A stretch of 64,000 nucleotides of DNA from positions 15,686,001-15,750,000 of the forward strand of contig JBHGNT010000008.1 in assembly GCA_043228905.1 (NCBI GenBank). The letters run 5' to 3'. This DNA is from Azolla caroliniana. Taxonomy: Eukaryota > Plantae > Polypodiophyta. The position numbers and the translations under genes are program-made. Under the pieces are notes generated by a model. That model did not search any database, was not told the DNA's origin, and saw only the letters and a list, made by a program, of their open reading frames with translations. Of this stretch, positions 40,101-52,129 are shown piece after piece; position 1 is the stretch's first letter, and every line of letters begins with the position of its first letter.

Positions 40101-43100
40101 ATCTCGGCTTACTCGTGACTATCGAGTGATGGGGTTAAAACACTTGTAACCCTTTTGCTCAAGTGAGTAACCGACAAAGATCATCTTCTCCGATTTTGGG
40201 TCAAGCTTTCTCCGCTTCTCATTGGGTACATGCACAAATGCAATGCTACCAAAAACCTTCAAGTGTGAAAGGTCTGGTTTTGTCCCAAAATACTTCTCGT
40301 GAGGGGTGATGTCATGGAAACCCTCGGTCGTGCACCTATTGATGAGATACACAGCCGTAACTGTTGCCTCTGCCCAATAGATCTTGGGCATGTTCTTCTC
40401 ATGCAACATGGTGCGGGCCACCTCAAGAATTGTGTGATTCTTCCCCTCAGCAACACCGTGTACCGGCAAGAGAATTCCCAGCGAATCCCCTTCTCTTCTA
40501 GAAAGGCCTTGAACTCGGTTGAGAAGTATTCTTGGCCACCATCAGACCGTAAGCATCGAATCTTGCGATTCGTCTCATTTTCCACACAATTCTTTAACTT
40601 GAGAAAGTGGGAGAAGACCTCACTTTTCGACTTCATCGGGCATATCCAAGTATGCCGCGAATAGTCGTCAATGAAGGTAACAAAGTACCCACACCCACCA
40701 ATTGTCGTTGTTTGAGCTGGGCCCCATACATCTGAGTGGATGGCGTCCAACAAGCTTTTACTCACATTTCTTTCGCTTAGGAATGGATGCCCCTATATTG
40801 CTTGCCTAGTTGGCACGCCTCACATACATTATCAGAATGTTTCGAGGTAAATCGTGGCAATCCGTGCACAACCCCTTTTGTTTGCATTGATCGGAGTTTA
40901 CCGAGGTTTACATGGCCAACCCTTTCGTGCCACAACTCAATATCAAACTCCACCTTGACTCCCTTTGCATACATTGTTGTGTTCACCTCAGTCGCATCAA
41001 GAATAAACATGGTTGAATCGCACTTGCATTCCTTGTTCAATATTTTGGCCAACCGAGACCAAATTCTTTGTGATTGTCGGGACATGCAATACATCCTTCA
41101 TGTAGCCCTTGTTGTCGTGATTGTTAGGGGCCACATCTCCAATGTGCTCAATCATGTGTGTGGAGTCATCACCGGTCTCCACCACGTCGGGTCTCTCGGG
41201 TTCCCTCAAATTCATGAACCATTCTTGATGACTTGTCATGTGATTTGAGGCACCTGAGTCCACAAACCATACATCATCAGGTTGGGAAATGAGCCATATT
41301 TTTCTGCGAGGCCGCCAAGGCAGATATGCACCATCTCATCATCATCAACTACCACATTGATGGAGCCAAGTGAATCGCATAAGTCTTTGATCCGGAGGGT
41401 GTAGTCCGTCACGGACATATCCCCTTGTCAAATATTGTTCAACTCCTGCCGGAGTTGAAGTTTTCTCACTATGGTTGAAGCCGCAAAAATCTTCTTCAAG
41501 TTTTTCCGCGCTTCTGTTGGGGATTTCACATCACGAATATAGCTTAACTTGTGATCTTGCACACATGTTGCCAAACAATACATCACCCTACTGGCGCCTT
41601 GTTGCCATGTGGGGTAGTTGGGATTTGTACTATCAGGGGTTGTTTCTTGAGCTCCCTCGATATAACTCCAATACCCTTGCCCAACTAGGTATTGATGCAT
41701 CTTATATTCCCAAGATGCGTAGTTGTCCCTGTCCAACTTCTCTGTTGGAAGTGCGCTACCCATTTGTGCATTCATTTTTCTGATTTAGCTTGATTCATAT
41801 GATCCTGTTAACGTGAGCCTCTTGCTGTGCAAAACTGCAGCGACGTTAGCAGATTTTAAAACAGGGTCTCTAGCTGCTCACACAGTTTCAATGGTAGAGC
41901 TCAGTGAAGGATCTCTAACCCTCACGCTTTGATACCATGTAAAGAATCTAACTCTAGTGGAGTTTAGTATTCAGAAGCGTAGTGTGTGTGAGAGAGAGAC
42001 AAAGAGAGTGAATGTATAAGCAAGAGAAGGAATAATGGAGAATAACCAGAAAAATAAGAAAACACACAGTAGGGGGATGACAGCTTATGCACTTAAGAGA
42101 GCTATATTAATTATCTAAAGATCATCAACTAAACTAAATGGCCAAAGGGGGTTTTATATACAAGTCCTCAAGGGACTGCCCTATTAAATGTGTTGGTGGA
42201 ATCTAACCAAGATATCCACTTGAGTACGATTTTGTCATAAGAATATCTAATATTCTTTAACCACACTAACACTCGACAACTACACGGATTACAATAAAGT
42301 GTGCTCTCACACACTCGACAACTACACATATTACAATAAAGTGTGCTCACATACGTTTTCACACATCGTCCTTTTCTTCATAAGCACATGTTCACACAAG
42401 TTGAGCTTGATTCTCAACGAAAGGGAAGGAGCACCTGGTGTGCCGGTTGAAGAAGAGCTTATACGGACGGAAGCAAGCTCCCCGGCAATGGTACTGGAAG
42501 TTTGACTCCTTCATGACCGACCAAGGGTACCACAAGACGCAGGCCGATCACTAGGTGTTTGTGAAGAAATTTGACAAAGGAGATTTCCTGATACTCCTCC
42601 TATATGTGGATGATATGTTGATCGTCGGATGAGACCAAGTCAAGATTCAGATGTTGAAGAAGGCTCTGAACCGAACCTTCACAATGAAAGATTTGGGTCT
42701 GACAAGACAGATATTGGGAATGCACATCATCCGGAACCGGTCGAAGAAGTTGTTGTGGTTGTTACAAGAGAAGTACGTGACAAAGGTGCTTCAACGGTTC
42801 AACATGTTGGAGGCGAAACCGGTCAGATTGACACTTCCAGCAAACTACAAGCTATCCGGAAAACAAAGTCCAAGGACAAAGGCGGAGAAGATGGATATGA
42901 TGATGATACCATATGCCTCTGCCATCGAAAGCTTGATGTACGTGATGGTATGTACCCAGCCGGATATCAGATATGCAGTCGGAGTGGTGAACCGGTACAT
43001 GAGCAATCCTGGAAGAGAGCATTGGAACGCGGGCAAGTGGATACTTTGGTATCTGAAAGGCACCTCAAGTATGTGCCTCCAGTTCGGCTCCTGCAATCCT

Positions 43101-44142
43101 CAACTTGACGGATTCACGAATTCAGATATGTCGGCTTATGCATATACCAGCCGGTCTACATCCAGATATGTCATGACTTATGCAGGGGGAGCTATTTCGT
43201 GGCAGTCGAGGCTGCAGAAGACGGTTACGTTGTCAACCATGGAGGCGGAGTACATGGCAACTGTGGAAGCCGACAAGGAGATAATCTAGATGAAGGACTT
43301 CATCAGAGAGCTAGGGATCCGACAGGAGGAATACCGGCTCTACAACGACAGTCAAAGTGTCATCCACCTTGCAAAGAACGCGACCTATCATTCTCGGACG
43401 AAACATATACAACGAAGGTACCACTAGATCCAAGAGAGAGTAGAAGACCAAGAGTTCGTATTGACGAAGATCCACATGGAGGAGAACGGGTCAGATATGC
43501 TAACCAAGGTGCTGACAACCGACAAGCTAGACGCATGCCGAAAGCGGATCGAGCTGGCGAGACATCCCATGCCGGAGTGAAGGGGGAGATTGTTGGGAAT
43601 CGGTCCCTCCGGATGGGATCTGGTGATGAATGAAGAGGACCCGGTGAGAACCGGAAGAGATCCATAAACCGGAGGAGACCCAGTGAGAACCGGAAGAGAA
43701 GACATATTTATAAATATGTTTTGAGTAAGCCTAATGAGGCTATATTTGTAAATAGCCCTAAGTTCATATAAGTATAAATATGACTTACGGCAATCACTTT
43801 AGGTGTTGTATGTTGTTTTCATATTGTGGTAATTGTTGTACAGAGAGCGATAGAGAGAGTGTGTGTGTGTGTGTGAGATACAGAGTGATACTCTGTTGTA
43901 ACCGCCGATTGGCGAAGATACAGAGCTCGAGGTCGTTGCCTCCGAGGCTTTGATTGTACCTTTCTTCTATAGTGATAGTTGGATTCTGTGGGCTCCCGTG
44001 GTTTTTCCCACTTAGGGTTTTCCACGTAAACATCCTGTGTATTTCCTTGTGTACTCTCCATTTCCCATTTCTGTGTTTCATTATCATCGAAGTGATTCAA
44101 GACTCGGTTGTGGCCGAGCAATATTCCACGCTTTTCTCTACA
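37143..44142 (+). mobile_element. 5'-truncated Ty1/copia (RT-RNase H, 3' LTR 43591-44142), interrupted by a second copia; related to the intact element at 46424
   Basis: RT from LPKGKK..RNK (37148) breaks at 37449 and resumes at 42425; RT/RH ORF 42651-43289 with stops around it; PPT GAAGGGGGAGAT; LTR TGTTGGG...CTCTACA. Confidence 0.9.
37450..42419 (-). mobile_element. Full-length but degenerate Ty1/copia nested in the previous element
   Basis: LTRs 37450-37929 and 41938-42419; TSD AAAGG (37445-37449, 42420-42424); PBS TGGTATCAAAGC (minus strand, 41937-41926); PPT GAGGGGGCG. Broken gag, protease (DSGASNHMT), integrase (HSDVWGP, RSDGGQEY), RT (YVDDL) and RH (HARTKHIEVHYH) in copia order. Confidence 0.92.
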
Positions 44143-45810
44143 TTGCTTGCATTTCTCAAACATTTCAAAGCTGAAAAACCTTTATTATTCCGCACATACC
44201 CAAAAATCATTGTGTTGTAAGACACCACATCTCGATTATGTTGCTTAGAAAATATTGTGAATGCTTCTTCCAAGTTTCCACAACATACATGCACATATGC
44301 ATACATCCATGGCTGTGTATTTCTCTTTTCCTAAAAGACTGTGAATGCTTCTTCCAAGTTTCCACATCTAACATACATGCACACATAGAACGTAATATTC
44401 GTGTTCGTGGAGGCATCCAAACGTTTGAATACATTTGGAAACGAACACGTTTGAAAGGGGAAAAATGCGTGGTCCTTTTTTCCCCTTTTTTGTATTTTTT
44501 TTTTAAAGATACGTTGTCGCTTCCTCTCTCTCTCCCCCCCCCCACACACACAGAATCACAGTCTGCATACTTTTTTGGGTGGGAGGGGAATGTACTCTGT
44601 AACCCGAATTAATTAGTAATGAATGGATCCACAAAGGAATGAATGGCTTCCTAATTCTGATGCGATATGAGATCTTAAAGGGGGCATTTCTCTAACGAGG
44701 ATGTAGGAGACACTCCACACTCTCATTGGTTTTTCTGCTACACCAATCCAATGGGGGACTTTCGGTGGGGTGTGGGCAAAGCTCAATTGGAAGAAGAGAG
44801 AGAAAATGGTCGGGGGGGTGGGCTATGGTTGTATTATTATAACAAAAAAAAGAGAATTAGCAAGAAAAAGGCAGAGAGAGAGAGAGAGAGGATCATTCCT
44901 GCACAAGGGAGAAAAGAAACACCTTTTTTGTGTTTTGTCTCTTTTTTGTTCACTTGGGATTTTGATTAATCGGATAATCAGAAGAACGAGAAAGATGCTT
45001 GATTAATCATCATCATCATCATCATGGCGACAGACGCATGTGATCTATACATACTTGCACACTAATTTACAGCTTCTCAAGAGCATCAAAGAAAGAGGTT
45101 ACACCCCATTGGAAATTACAATGGAAATGGTTGATAAAGAGGAAGATGTTGAAAGGTTATTGAACTTGCAAAAAGAGCGAGAAATTTTACATACTGAAAA
45201 TTCAAATGATATCCTCAATAGTATGCAAGATGAGGACATTGAAGACAGTTATGTTGTTGGTAGTAATGAGGCACATTCTAGTGAGAGTCCTCAAACAAAT
45301 TACTACGTCAATTGAACTAGTAGAATTTCTAGTAGAATTTTTTGTTAGTGTCATATTTTCTTCGTATTCTCGAATATAAGCTTTATGAGTTTTTGAATCT
45401 TTGATGATAGTTTATAATGACATAGTCCACTTGTTGGGATTGAGAGTGAATCCATATATAATATAGGCCATATTCAATCCAATCAAATGTGTCAATCCAA
45501 TCCAACTTGGAGATGATTTACCATACACATATGATTGAATCATTCGCGCACATGAATGCACGTATGATACGTATGGTTCATTCTATGCATGCACATATGC
45601 ATACATCCATGGCTGTGTATTTCTCTTTTCCTAAAAGACCGTGAATGCTTCTTCCAGGTTTCCACATCTAACATACATGCACATATGCATACATCCATGG
45701 TTGGGTATTTCTCTTTTACTAAAAGATTGTGAATGCTTCTTCCAAGTTTCCAAATCTAACATACATGCACATATGCATACATCCATGGTTGTGTATTTCT
45801 CTTTTCCTCC
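44143..45810 (-). pseudogene. PLS-class PPR gene fragment, with part of one motif amplified as ~85-bp tandem repeats (44240-44383, 45588-45810)
   Basis: CGNLEEAFTIFSKQHNRDVVSYNTMIFGYVRNNKGFSALKCL resembles the PLS PPR consensus MYAKCGSLEEARxVFDxMxxRDVVSWNAMIxGY; the tandem units encode MYVRCGNLEEAFTVF. Confidence 0.65.
44384..45587. mobile_element. Non-autonomous hAT-type element inserted in the PPR-derived repeat
   Basis: Termini CATAGAA...TTCTATG; 8-bp TSD CATGCACA (44376-44383, 45588-45595); termini resemble those of the element at 91-746. Confidence 0.75.
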
Positions 45811-46423
45811 AAAATTTCCATTCCTCACTTCTATCATTGGTTAGTACCTCTATATTTATTCACTTTCCTTTAACCTTGCAAAATGCATATAGTCTTATCC
45901 CAGAGAAACCAAGAAGTTGATCTAAAACATTTAACCAATCAAAAGATAAACCTCCAAACCATACCCCAAATTGTTTGAGTCAAGGTAGAGTTAAGTGTTT
46001 GTCTTCAAAAAGATTGTATAATTCAAGAAGAATGCCAAAATGCATGAAGCCAACACAACAATTGAAATCCTATTCCAGACATTCGAGGATCTCGTGGTTC
46101 TCTCTAAATATCCATTTTAAATTGCTCATACTGCCAATATGGGTTCACAAATCATACCATTAAACCACGTAAGACCAAAATTGTTGAGCCCACTTGTTTT
46201 ACCAAAATGAGAGATGATTGAAAGATTTGGGGATACACCCTCCGCCTCCATTTGGGGTCGATCTATCTCCCCTTGTCTTGAGCCATTGGGTGAGGCAAGG
46301 ATTGAAGGATCTGATTACCTTCATCCCCCAATTGATTACCTTTGTTTGGCACATTAGGCAAATTCTCTAACTTCTTTTTCTTTTCCCAAAAAATTATTTT
46401 CATTAGTAGAAATTCTACATACA

Positions 46424-49400
46424 TGTTGGTAGACAGGTCCCTCCGGATGGGAAGGGAGAAGAACAGTGCCGACGAACAAACTCGGCCGACGCCGATAGGC
46501 CGAGGCCGAAACGGTATGAACCGGATGGGGAGTACCCGACTGCGGAGAGTCGGATGGTGTAGGCCCGGTATGAACCGGATGGGGAGTGCCCGACTGCAGA
46601 GAGTTGGATGGTGTAGGCCCGGTATGAACCGGATGAGGAGTACCCGACTGCGGAGAGCCGGATGGAGCCCATCGAGGCTACATTTGTAAATAGCCGAAAA
46701 GTCATATTAGTATAAATATGACTTAGGGCAAACTTTTAGTGGGTAGTTGTCGTTTTTTTTTGTTGTTATTCTTCCTTGTTGGTGCAAGAAGAAATTAGAG
46801 CGCGTAACTGTACAGAGAGAGAGAGAGAGAGAGAGAGACGAGGTTGTTGCCTCTGTTGTAACCGCCGCCTGTGGCGAAGATCTGTGATCTCACTGTTGTA
46901 TATTTCTACATAGTGACAGTTTGCAGCTTGTGGGCTGCCGTGGTTTTTCCCCTATTTTGGGGTTTTCCACGTATACCTCCTGTGTACCATTTCTCCTCTT
47001 TTGTGTCGCGTTTCATTACCTGTTTTTCTATGTATGAAAAGAATCTCGGTTGTGGCCGAGCGTCGGACATAAGGAACGTCGAGTTCTCAACAAGTGGTAT
47101 CAGAGCGAAATCGACATAGAAAATGGACGAATCGTTTGGTGGCATGTTCAAGCTCACCGGCTCCAACTATTCAGTGTGGAAGTCGAAGATGAGGGACATG
47201 CTCGTGGTTAAAGACCTCTGGCTACCGGTTCAGTTCGGGGACAAGAGACCGGACAAAATCGACGCCGCGATATGGGAGGTGATGCACATGAAGACAACGA
47301 CGTACATACGGTGCTTCATCGACATGAGCCTGTACAACAACTTCAATGAAGAGAGCAAGGCTCATGAGCTCTGGGAGAAGATCGGCATAATGTTCCAGAA
47401 CAAAAATGTTGTCAATCAGGTGTCGGTATTCCGGAAGCTAGTAAGACTCCGGTACCAAGATGGCTCCAGCATGGCGGAGCATATGAATGCCTTCCAGGGG
47501 CTGATTCACCAGGCAACGTCATTGGAAGTACCTCTTGCTGATGAGGTCCTAGCGCTACTCCTGCTCGGTTCCCTCCCGGATAGCTGGGAGACGTTGGTTG
47601 TCACTTTGGGCAACGCCGGGCCGGAAGGAAAACGGTTATCCCTAGCAAGAGTAAAGTCGACCTTGCTAGATGAGGAGGCTCGTCGGAAAGACAAAGATAC
47701 GAGCTCCGACTCCAAAGCGCTCCTTACCGAATCGGAACGCGGAAGACATAGAAACCGTAGTCCCCAGAACAGGGAGAAGTCGGGGACACGATCAAAGTCA
47801 AGGGGGAGGCCTACTTGCTTCTATTGCGGCAAGCCGGGACACTTCCAAAAGAACTGTCGGCATTTCCGTAAAGACAAGGAAACCGACGGTACCGATTCGA
47901 AGCAAACTCCGAACTGGAACGGTACAGACCGGAACGGTAAAGACCGGAGGGGGCCGGACCGGAAGGGAACGACGGCAATTGCGGCAAGTGAAGAGGAGTT
48001 GATGCTCATCACCGAGGAGAGTGAGATAAACCATGCCGGCGACGAGATGATCTGGGTGGTAGACTCCGGAGCGTCGTTCCACCTTACCCCGGACCGGAAA
48101 TGCTTCTCATCCTACTCAGCCGGTGATCATGGCTGTGTCCGGATGGGGAATGAAGGAACATGCCGAATCGTCGGCATAGGAGACGTGTGGCTGACAACAC
48201 CAACCGGATGCAAGTTGCTGTTGAAGAATGTCCGACACGTTCCGGAAGTTCGTTTGAACCTGATATCAGCCAGTCGGCTGGATGATGAAGGCTACACGGG
48301 TAGCATCCGGAACGGTGTCATGAAGTTCAGCAAAGGGAGCCTGATTGTGGCTCGGGCCCGGAAGGTAAACACACTGTACCTGATGAATGCCCGGTTATGT
48401 CCGGAAGAAGTGAACGTGGCTTCCGACACTTCTGGTGAGCTGTGGCATAAGAGGCTATGTCACATGAGTGAGAAGGGGATGAAGAGGCTTGCAGACGACA
48501 ACCTCATTCCAGTGAAGAACGTGCATTTAGAGAAGTGCACTGATTGTCTGGCCGGTAAGCAGAACCGGACCTCCTTCCGACCAAGGCCACCGATGAGACG
48601 TAATGCACCACTGGAGTTGGTGCATACGGATGTTTGTCAAGTAGACACGAAGTCACATGCCGGAGCGCAGTACTTCGTGACGTTCATAGATGACCACAGC
48701 CGGAAGCTGTGGGCCACACCGCTGAAGACGAAGGATCAGGTGTTATCCGTCTTCAAAGAGCTCCACGCGAGAGTGGAAAGAGAAACCGGCCGGAAGCTGA
48801 AGGCGGTTCGAGCAGATAACGGAGGTGAGTACCGGGGGCAGTTCGAGGAGTACTGCCGATCGAAGGGAATCCGGCTCGAATTTACCGTGCCGAAGACGCC
48901 GGAACTAAACGGACTGGCCGAGAGGATGAACCGGACCATAATGGAGAGGGTCCGGAGTATGCTAGCGCATGCAAAACTACCCAAGAAGTTTTGGGTTGAG
49001 GCACTGTCGACGGCGACATATGTGATAAACAGATCACCCTCAGTACCCTTGGACGGAGACACGCCACAGAGAGTATGGACCGGTAAGGAAGTGTCCTACC
49101 GGCATCTGAGGGTGTTCGGGTGTCTCGCGTACGTGCATGTAGCAAAGGACCGGAGAGGAAAGTTAGATCCAAAGACCCGGCCATGCATATTCCTCGGTTA
49201 CGGTGACGATGAGTTCGGCTACCGAGTGTGGGACCCGGTCGACAAGAAGGTATTCCGGAGTCAAGATATTATCTTCATGGAGAACAAGACGCTCGCCGAC
49301 TGGGAGTCGGAGAAGAAGATAATGAACTCCGAGTCGACCGGTAAGGATAGACTCTACAATGAGCAGACCCAACCGGCAAGAGACCGGTTAGCACTCGAGG

Positions 49401-51601
49401 AACCAGCCAGTTACGGTGAGGATACCGAACCGGCAGAAGAAGAAGTAGAGGAAGCTGAGACCGGAAGCGGTCAAGACCCCGAATCGGATTCGGATGAAGA
49501 GCAAATGGAGGAAGCTGAGACCGGAACCGGTCAACACCCCGAATCGGATTCGGATGAAGAGAAAATGGAGGAACCGGTTATCGAAGCCCGAAGACGTAGA
49601 TATCCTCTCAGAGAGAGAAGGGCGCCCCGGAGATTTCCGGATGCAGAGCATGTCCTGCTGACCGATGAGGGGGAGCCAGAAAGCTTCGAAGAAGCGAAGG
49701 AAGACACCCACAGCCGAAAATGGTTAAGTGCCATGCAGGATGAGATGGATTCCCTGCATGAGAACCATACGTACGAATTGGTGGAGCTGCCGAAAGGAAA
49801 GCGGGCACTCCGAAACAAGTGGGTGTTCAAGTTGAAACCGGGAGATGCCGGCAACCCCCCGAGATACAAAGCCAGGATCGTGGTGAAGGGGTTCCAGCAG
49901 AAGAAGGGCGTGGACTTCGACGAAATATTCGCCCCGGTAGTAAAGATGACCTCCATCCGGATGGTGCTGAGTATAGCAGCAAGCATGGACCTCGAGGTAG
50001 AGCAGCTGGACGTGAAGACGGCATTCCTTCATGGCGACCTCGAAGAGGAGATCTACATGCAGCAACCGGAAGGATTTGTGGAGAAAGGGAAGGAGTACCT
50101 GGTATGCCGGTTGAAGAAGAGCCTGTACGGACTGAAGCAGGCTCCCCGGCAATGGTACCGGAAGTTCGACTCCTTCATGACCGATCAAGGGTACCATAAG
50201 ACGCAGGCCGATCACTGCGTGTTCGTGAAGAAGTTCGAAGGAGGGGACTTCCTGATACTCCTCCTGTACGTGGATGACATGTTGATCGTCGGACGAGACC
50301 AAGGCAAAATACGGATGCTGAAGAAGGCTCTCAACCGGACCTTCTCAATGAAAGACTTGGGTCCGGCAAGACAGATGTTGGGGATGCACATCATTCGGGA
50401 CCGGTCAGTGAAGCAATTATGGCTGTCACAGGAGAAGTATGTGACAAAGGTGCTTCACCGGTTCAACATGTCAGATGCAAAACCGGTCGGATCGACACTT
50501 CCGGCAAACTGCAAGTTGTCCGGCAAGCAAAGCCCGAAGACAAAAGGAGAGAAGGCAGATATGATGAAGATCCCATATGCCTCTGCCGTCGGGAGCTTGA
50601 TGTATGCAATGGTTTGTACCCGACCGGACATTGGATACGCAATCGGAGTGGTGAGCCGGTTCATGAGTAATCCCGGCAAGGAGCATTGGAACGCGGTCAA
50701 ATGGATACTCCGGTATTTGAAGGGCACTTCAAATATGTGTCTCCGATTCGGCTCCGGGAAACCTCAACTGGACGGTTTCACCGATTCGGACATGTCGGCT
50801 GATGTGGACACCAGCCGGTCTACATCCGGATATGTGATGACATATGCAAGGGGAGTTGTTTCGTGGCAGTCGAGGCTACAGAAGACGGTTGCATTGTCAA
50901 CCACAGAGGCGGAGTACATGGCGGCTGTAGAAGCCGGCAAGGAAATATTATGGATGAAGGACTTCATCGGAGAGCTCGGTATCCGGCAAGAGGAATACCG
51001 ACTCTACTGCGACAGTCAAAGTGCCATCCACCTTGCTAAGAATGCGGCCTACCATTCCCGGACGAAGCATATCCAACGGAGGTATCACTGGATCCGGGAA
51101 AGGGTAGATGACCAGGAGTTCGCACTGGCGAAGATTCACACGGCCGAGAACGGGTCAGATATGCTGACCAAAGTGCTGACACCCGACAAGCTGGACGCAT
51201 GCCGGAAGAGGATCGGGCTGGAAAGACACCCCATGCCGGAGTGAAGGGGGAGTTTGTTGGTAGACAGGTCCCTCCGGATGGGAAGGGAGAAGAACAGTGC
51301 CGACGAACAAACTCGGCCGAGGCCGAAACGGTATGAACCGGATGGGGAGTACCCGACTGCGGAGAGTCGGATGGTGTAGGCCCGGTATGAACCGGATGAG
51401 GAGTACCCGACTGCGGGGAGCCGGATGGGGAGTACCCGACTGCGGAGAGCCGGATGGAGCCCATCGAGGCTACATTTGTAAATAGCCGAAAAGTCATATT
51501 AGTATAAATATGACTTAGGGCAAACTTTTAGTGGGTAGTTGTCGTTTTTTTTGTTGTTATTCTTCCTTGTTGGTGCAAGAAGAAATTAGAGCGCGTAACT
51601 G

Positions 51602-51644
<43 letters not shown>

Positions 51645-51920
51645 GAGGTCGTTGCCTCTGTTGTAACCGCCGCCTGTGGCGAAGATCTGAGAGCACGAGG
51701 TCGTTGCCTCAGTGATCTCACTGTTGTATATTTCTACATAGTGACAGCTTGCAGCTTGTGGGCTGCCGTGGTTTTTCCCCTATTTTGGGGTTTTCCACGT
51801 ATACCTCCTGTGTACCATTTCTCCTCTTTTGTGTCGCGTTTCATTACCTGTTTTTCTGTGTATGAAAAGAATCTCGGTTGTGGCCGAGCATCAGACATAA
51901 GGAACGTCGAGTTCTCAACA
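46424..51920 (+). mobile_element. Intact Ty1/copia LTR retrotransposon
   Basis: LTRs 46424-47092 and 51255-51920 (TG...CA); TSD ATACA; PBS TGGTATCAGAGC (tRNA-iMet type) at ~47095-47106; PPT GAAGGGGGAG; one uninterrupted ORF. Confidence 0.98.
47123..51244 (+). CDS. Copia gag-pol polyprotein, 1373 aa
   Basis: Zinc knuckle CFYCGKPGHFQKNC; protease WVVDSGASFH; GAG-pre-integrase LWHKRLCH..CTDC; integrase VHTDVC/RADNGGEY/NGLAER; RT YVDD; RNase H DSDMS..DSQSA. Confidence 0.97.
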   Translation: MDESFGGMFKLTGSNYSVWKSKMRDMLVVKDLWLPVQFGDKRPDKIDAAIWEVMHMKTTTYIRCFIDMSLYNNFNEESKAHELWEKIGIMFQNKNVVNQVSVFRKLVRLRYQDGSSMAEHMNAFQGLIHQATSLEVPLADEVLALLLLGSLPDSWETLVVTLGNAGPEGKRLSLARVKSTLLDEEARRKDKDTSSDSKALLTESERGRHRNRSPQNREKSGTRSKSRGRPTCFYCGKPGHFQKNCRHFRKDKETDGTDSKQTPNWNGTDRNGKDRRGPDRKGTTAIAASEEELMLITEESEINHAGDEMIWVVDSGASFHLTPDRKCFSSYSAGDHGCVRMGNEGTCRIVGIGDVWLTTPTGCKLLLKNVRHVPEVRLNLISASRLDDEGYTGSIRNGVMKFSKGSLIVARARKVNTLYLMNARLCPEEVNVASDTSGELWHKRLCHMSEKGMKRLADDNLIPVKNVHLEKCTDCLAGKQNRTSFRPRPPMRRNAPLELVHTDVCQVDTKSHAGAQYFVTFIDDHSRKLWATPLKTKDQVLSVFKELHARVERETGRKLKAVRADNGGEYRGQFEEYCRSKGIRLEFTVPKTPELNGLAERMNRTIMERVRSMLAHAKLPKKFWVEALSTATYVINRSPSVPLDGDTPQRVWTGKEVSYRHLRVFGCLAYVHVAKDRRGKLDPKTRPCIFLGYGDDEFGYRVWDPVDKKVFRSQDIIFMENKTLADWESEKKIMNSESTGKDRLYNEQTQPARDRLALEEPASYGEDTEPAEEEVEEAETGSGQDPESDSDEEQMEEAETGTGQHPESDSDEEKMEEPVIEARRRRYPLRERRAPRRFPDAEHVLLTDEGEPESFEEAKEDTHSRKWLSAMQDEMDSLHENHTYELVELPKGKRALRNKWVFKLKPGDAGNPPRYKARIVVKGFQQKKGVDFDEIFAPVVKMTSIRMVLSIAASMDLEVEQLDVKTAFLHGDLEEEIYMQQPEGFVEKGKEYLVCRLKKSLYGLKQAPRQWYRKFDSFMTDQGYHKTQADHCVFVKKFEGGDFLILLLYVDDMLIVGRDQGKIRMLKKALNRTFSMKDLGPARQMLGMHIIRDRSVKQLWLSQEKYVTKVLHRFNMSDAKPVGSTLPANCKLSGKQSPKTKGEKADMMKIPYASAVGSLMYAMVCTRPDIGYAIGVVSRFMSNPGKEHWNAVKWILRYLKGTSNMCLRFGSGKPQLDGFTDSDMSADVDTSRSTSGYVMTYARGVVSWQSRLQKTVALSTTEAEYMAAVEAGKEILWMKDFIGELGIRQEEYRLYCDSQSAIHLAKNAAYHSRTKHIQRRYHWIRERVDDQEFALAKIHTAENGSDMLTKVLTPDKLDACRKRIGLERHPMPE

Positions 51921-52129
51921 ATACATGACGAAAGGATTATGCTGAAAATGAGTATAAAGGTTGTAGCCATGATAGATCAACAAGAGAGCTCAAAGACTAA
52001 GAGTGGAAAAATAAAAAGATTGGTTGTCCATATGTTCATCCATGTAGATGTCCATATGTGGATAGATACTACGTCATTATTCTTCCGTTCCCTCATGCTC
52101 ATCAGCATGTGTAATAAATACCACATTTT

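Noticed and set aside
45040-45315. 91-aa acidic ORF as a hAT transposase
   Set aside because: No BED finger, DDE or dimerisation motif is recognisable; at most a captured fragment.
47506-51497. Many antisense and alternative-frame ORFs over the copia polyprotein
   Set aside because: Shadow ORFs expected in GC-rich coding sequence; no motifs.
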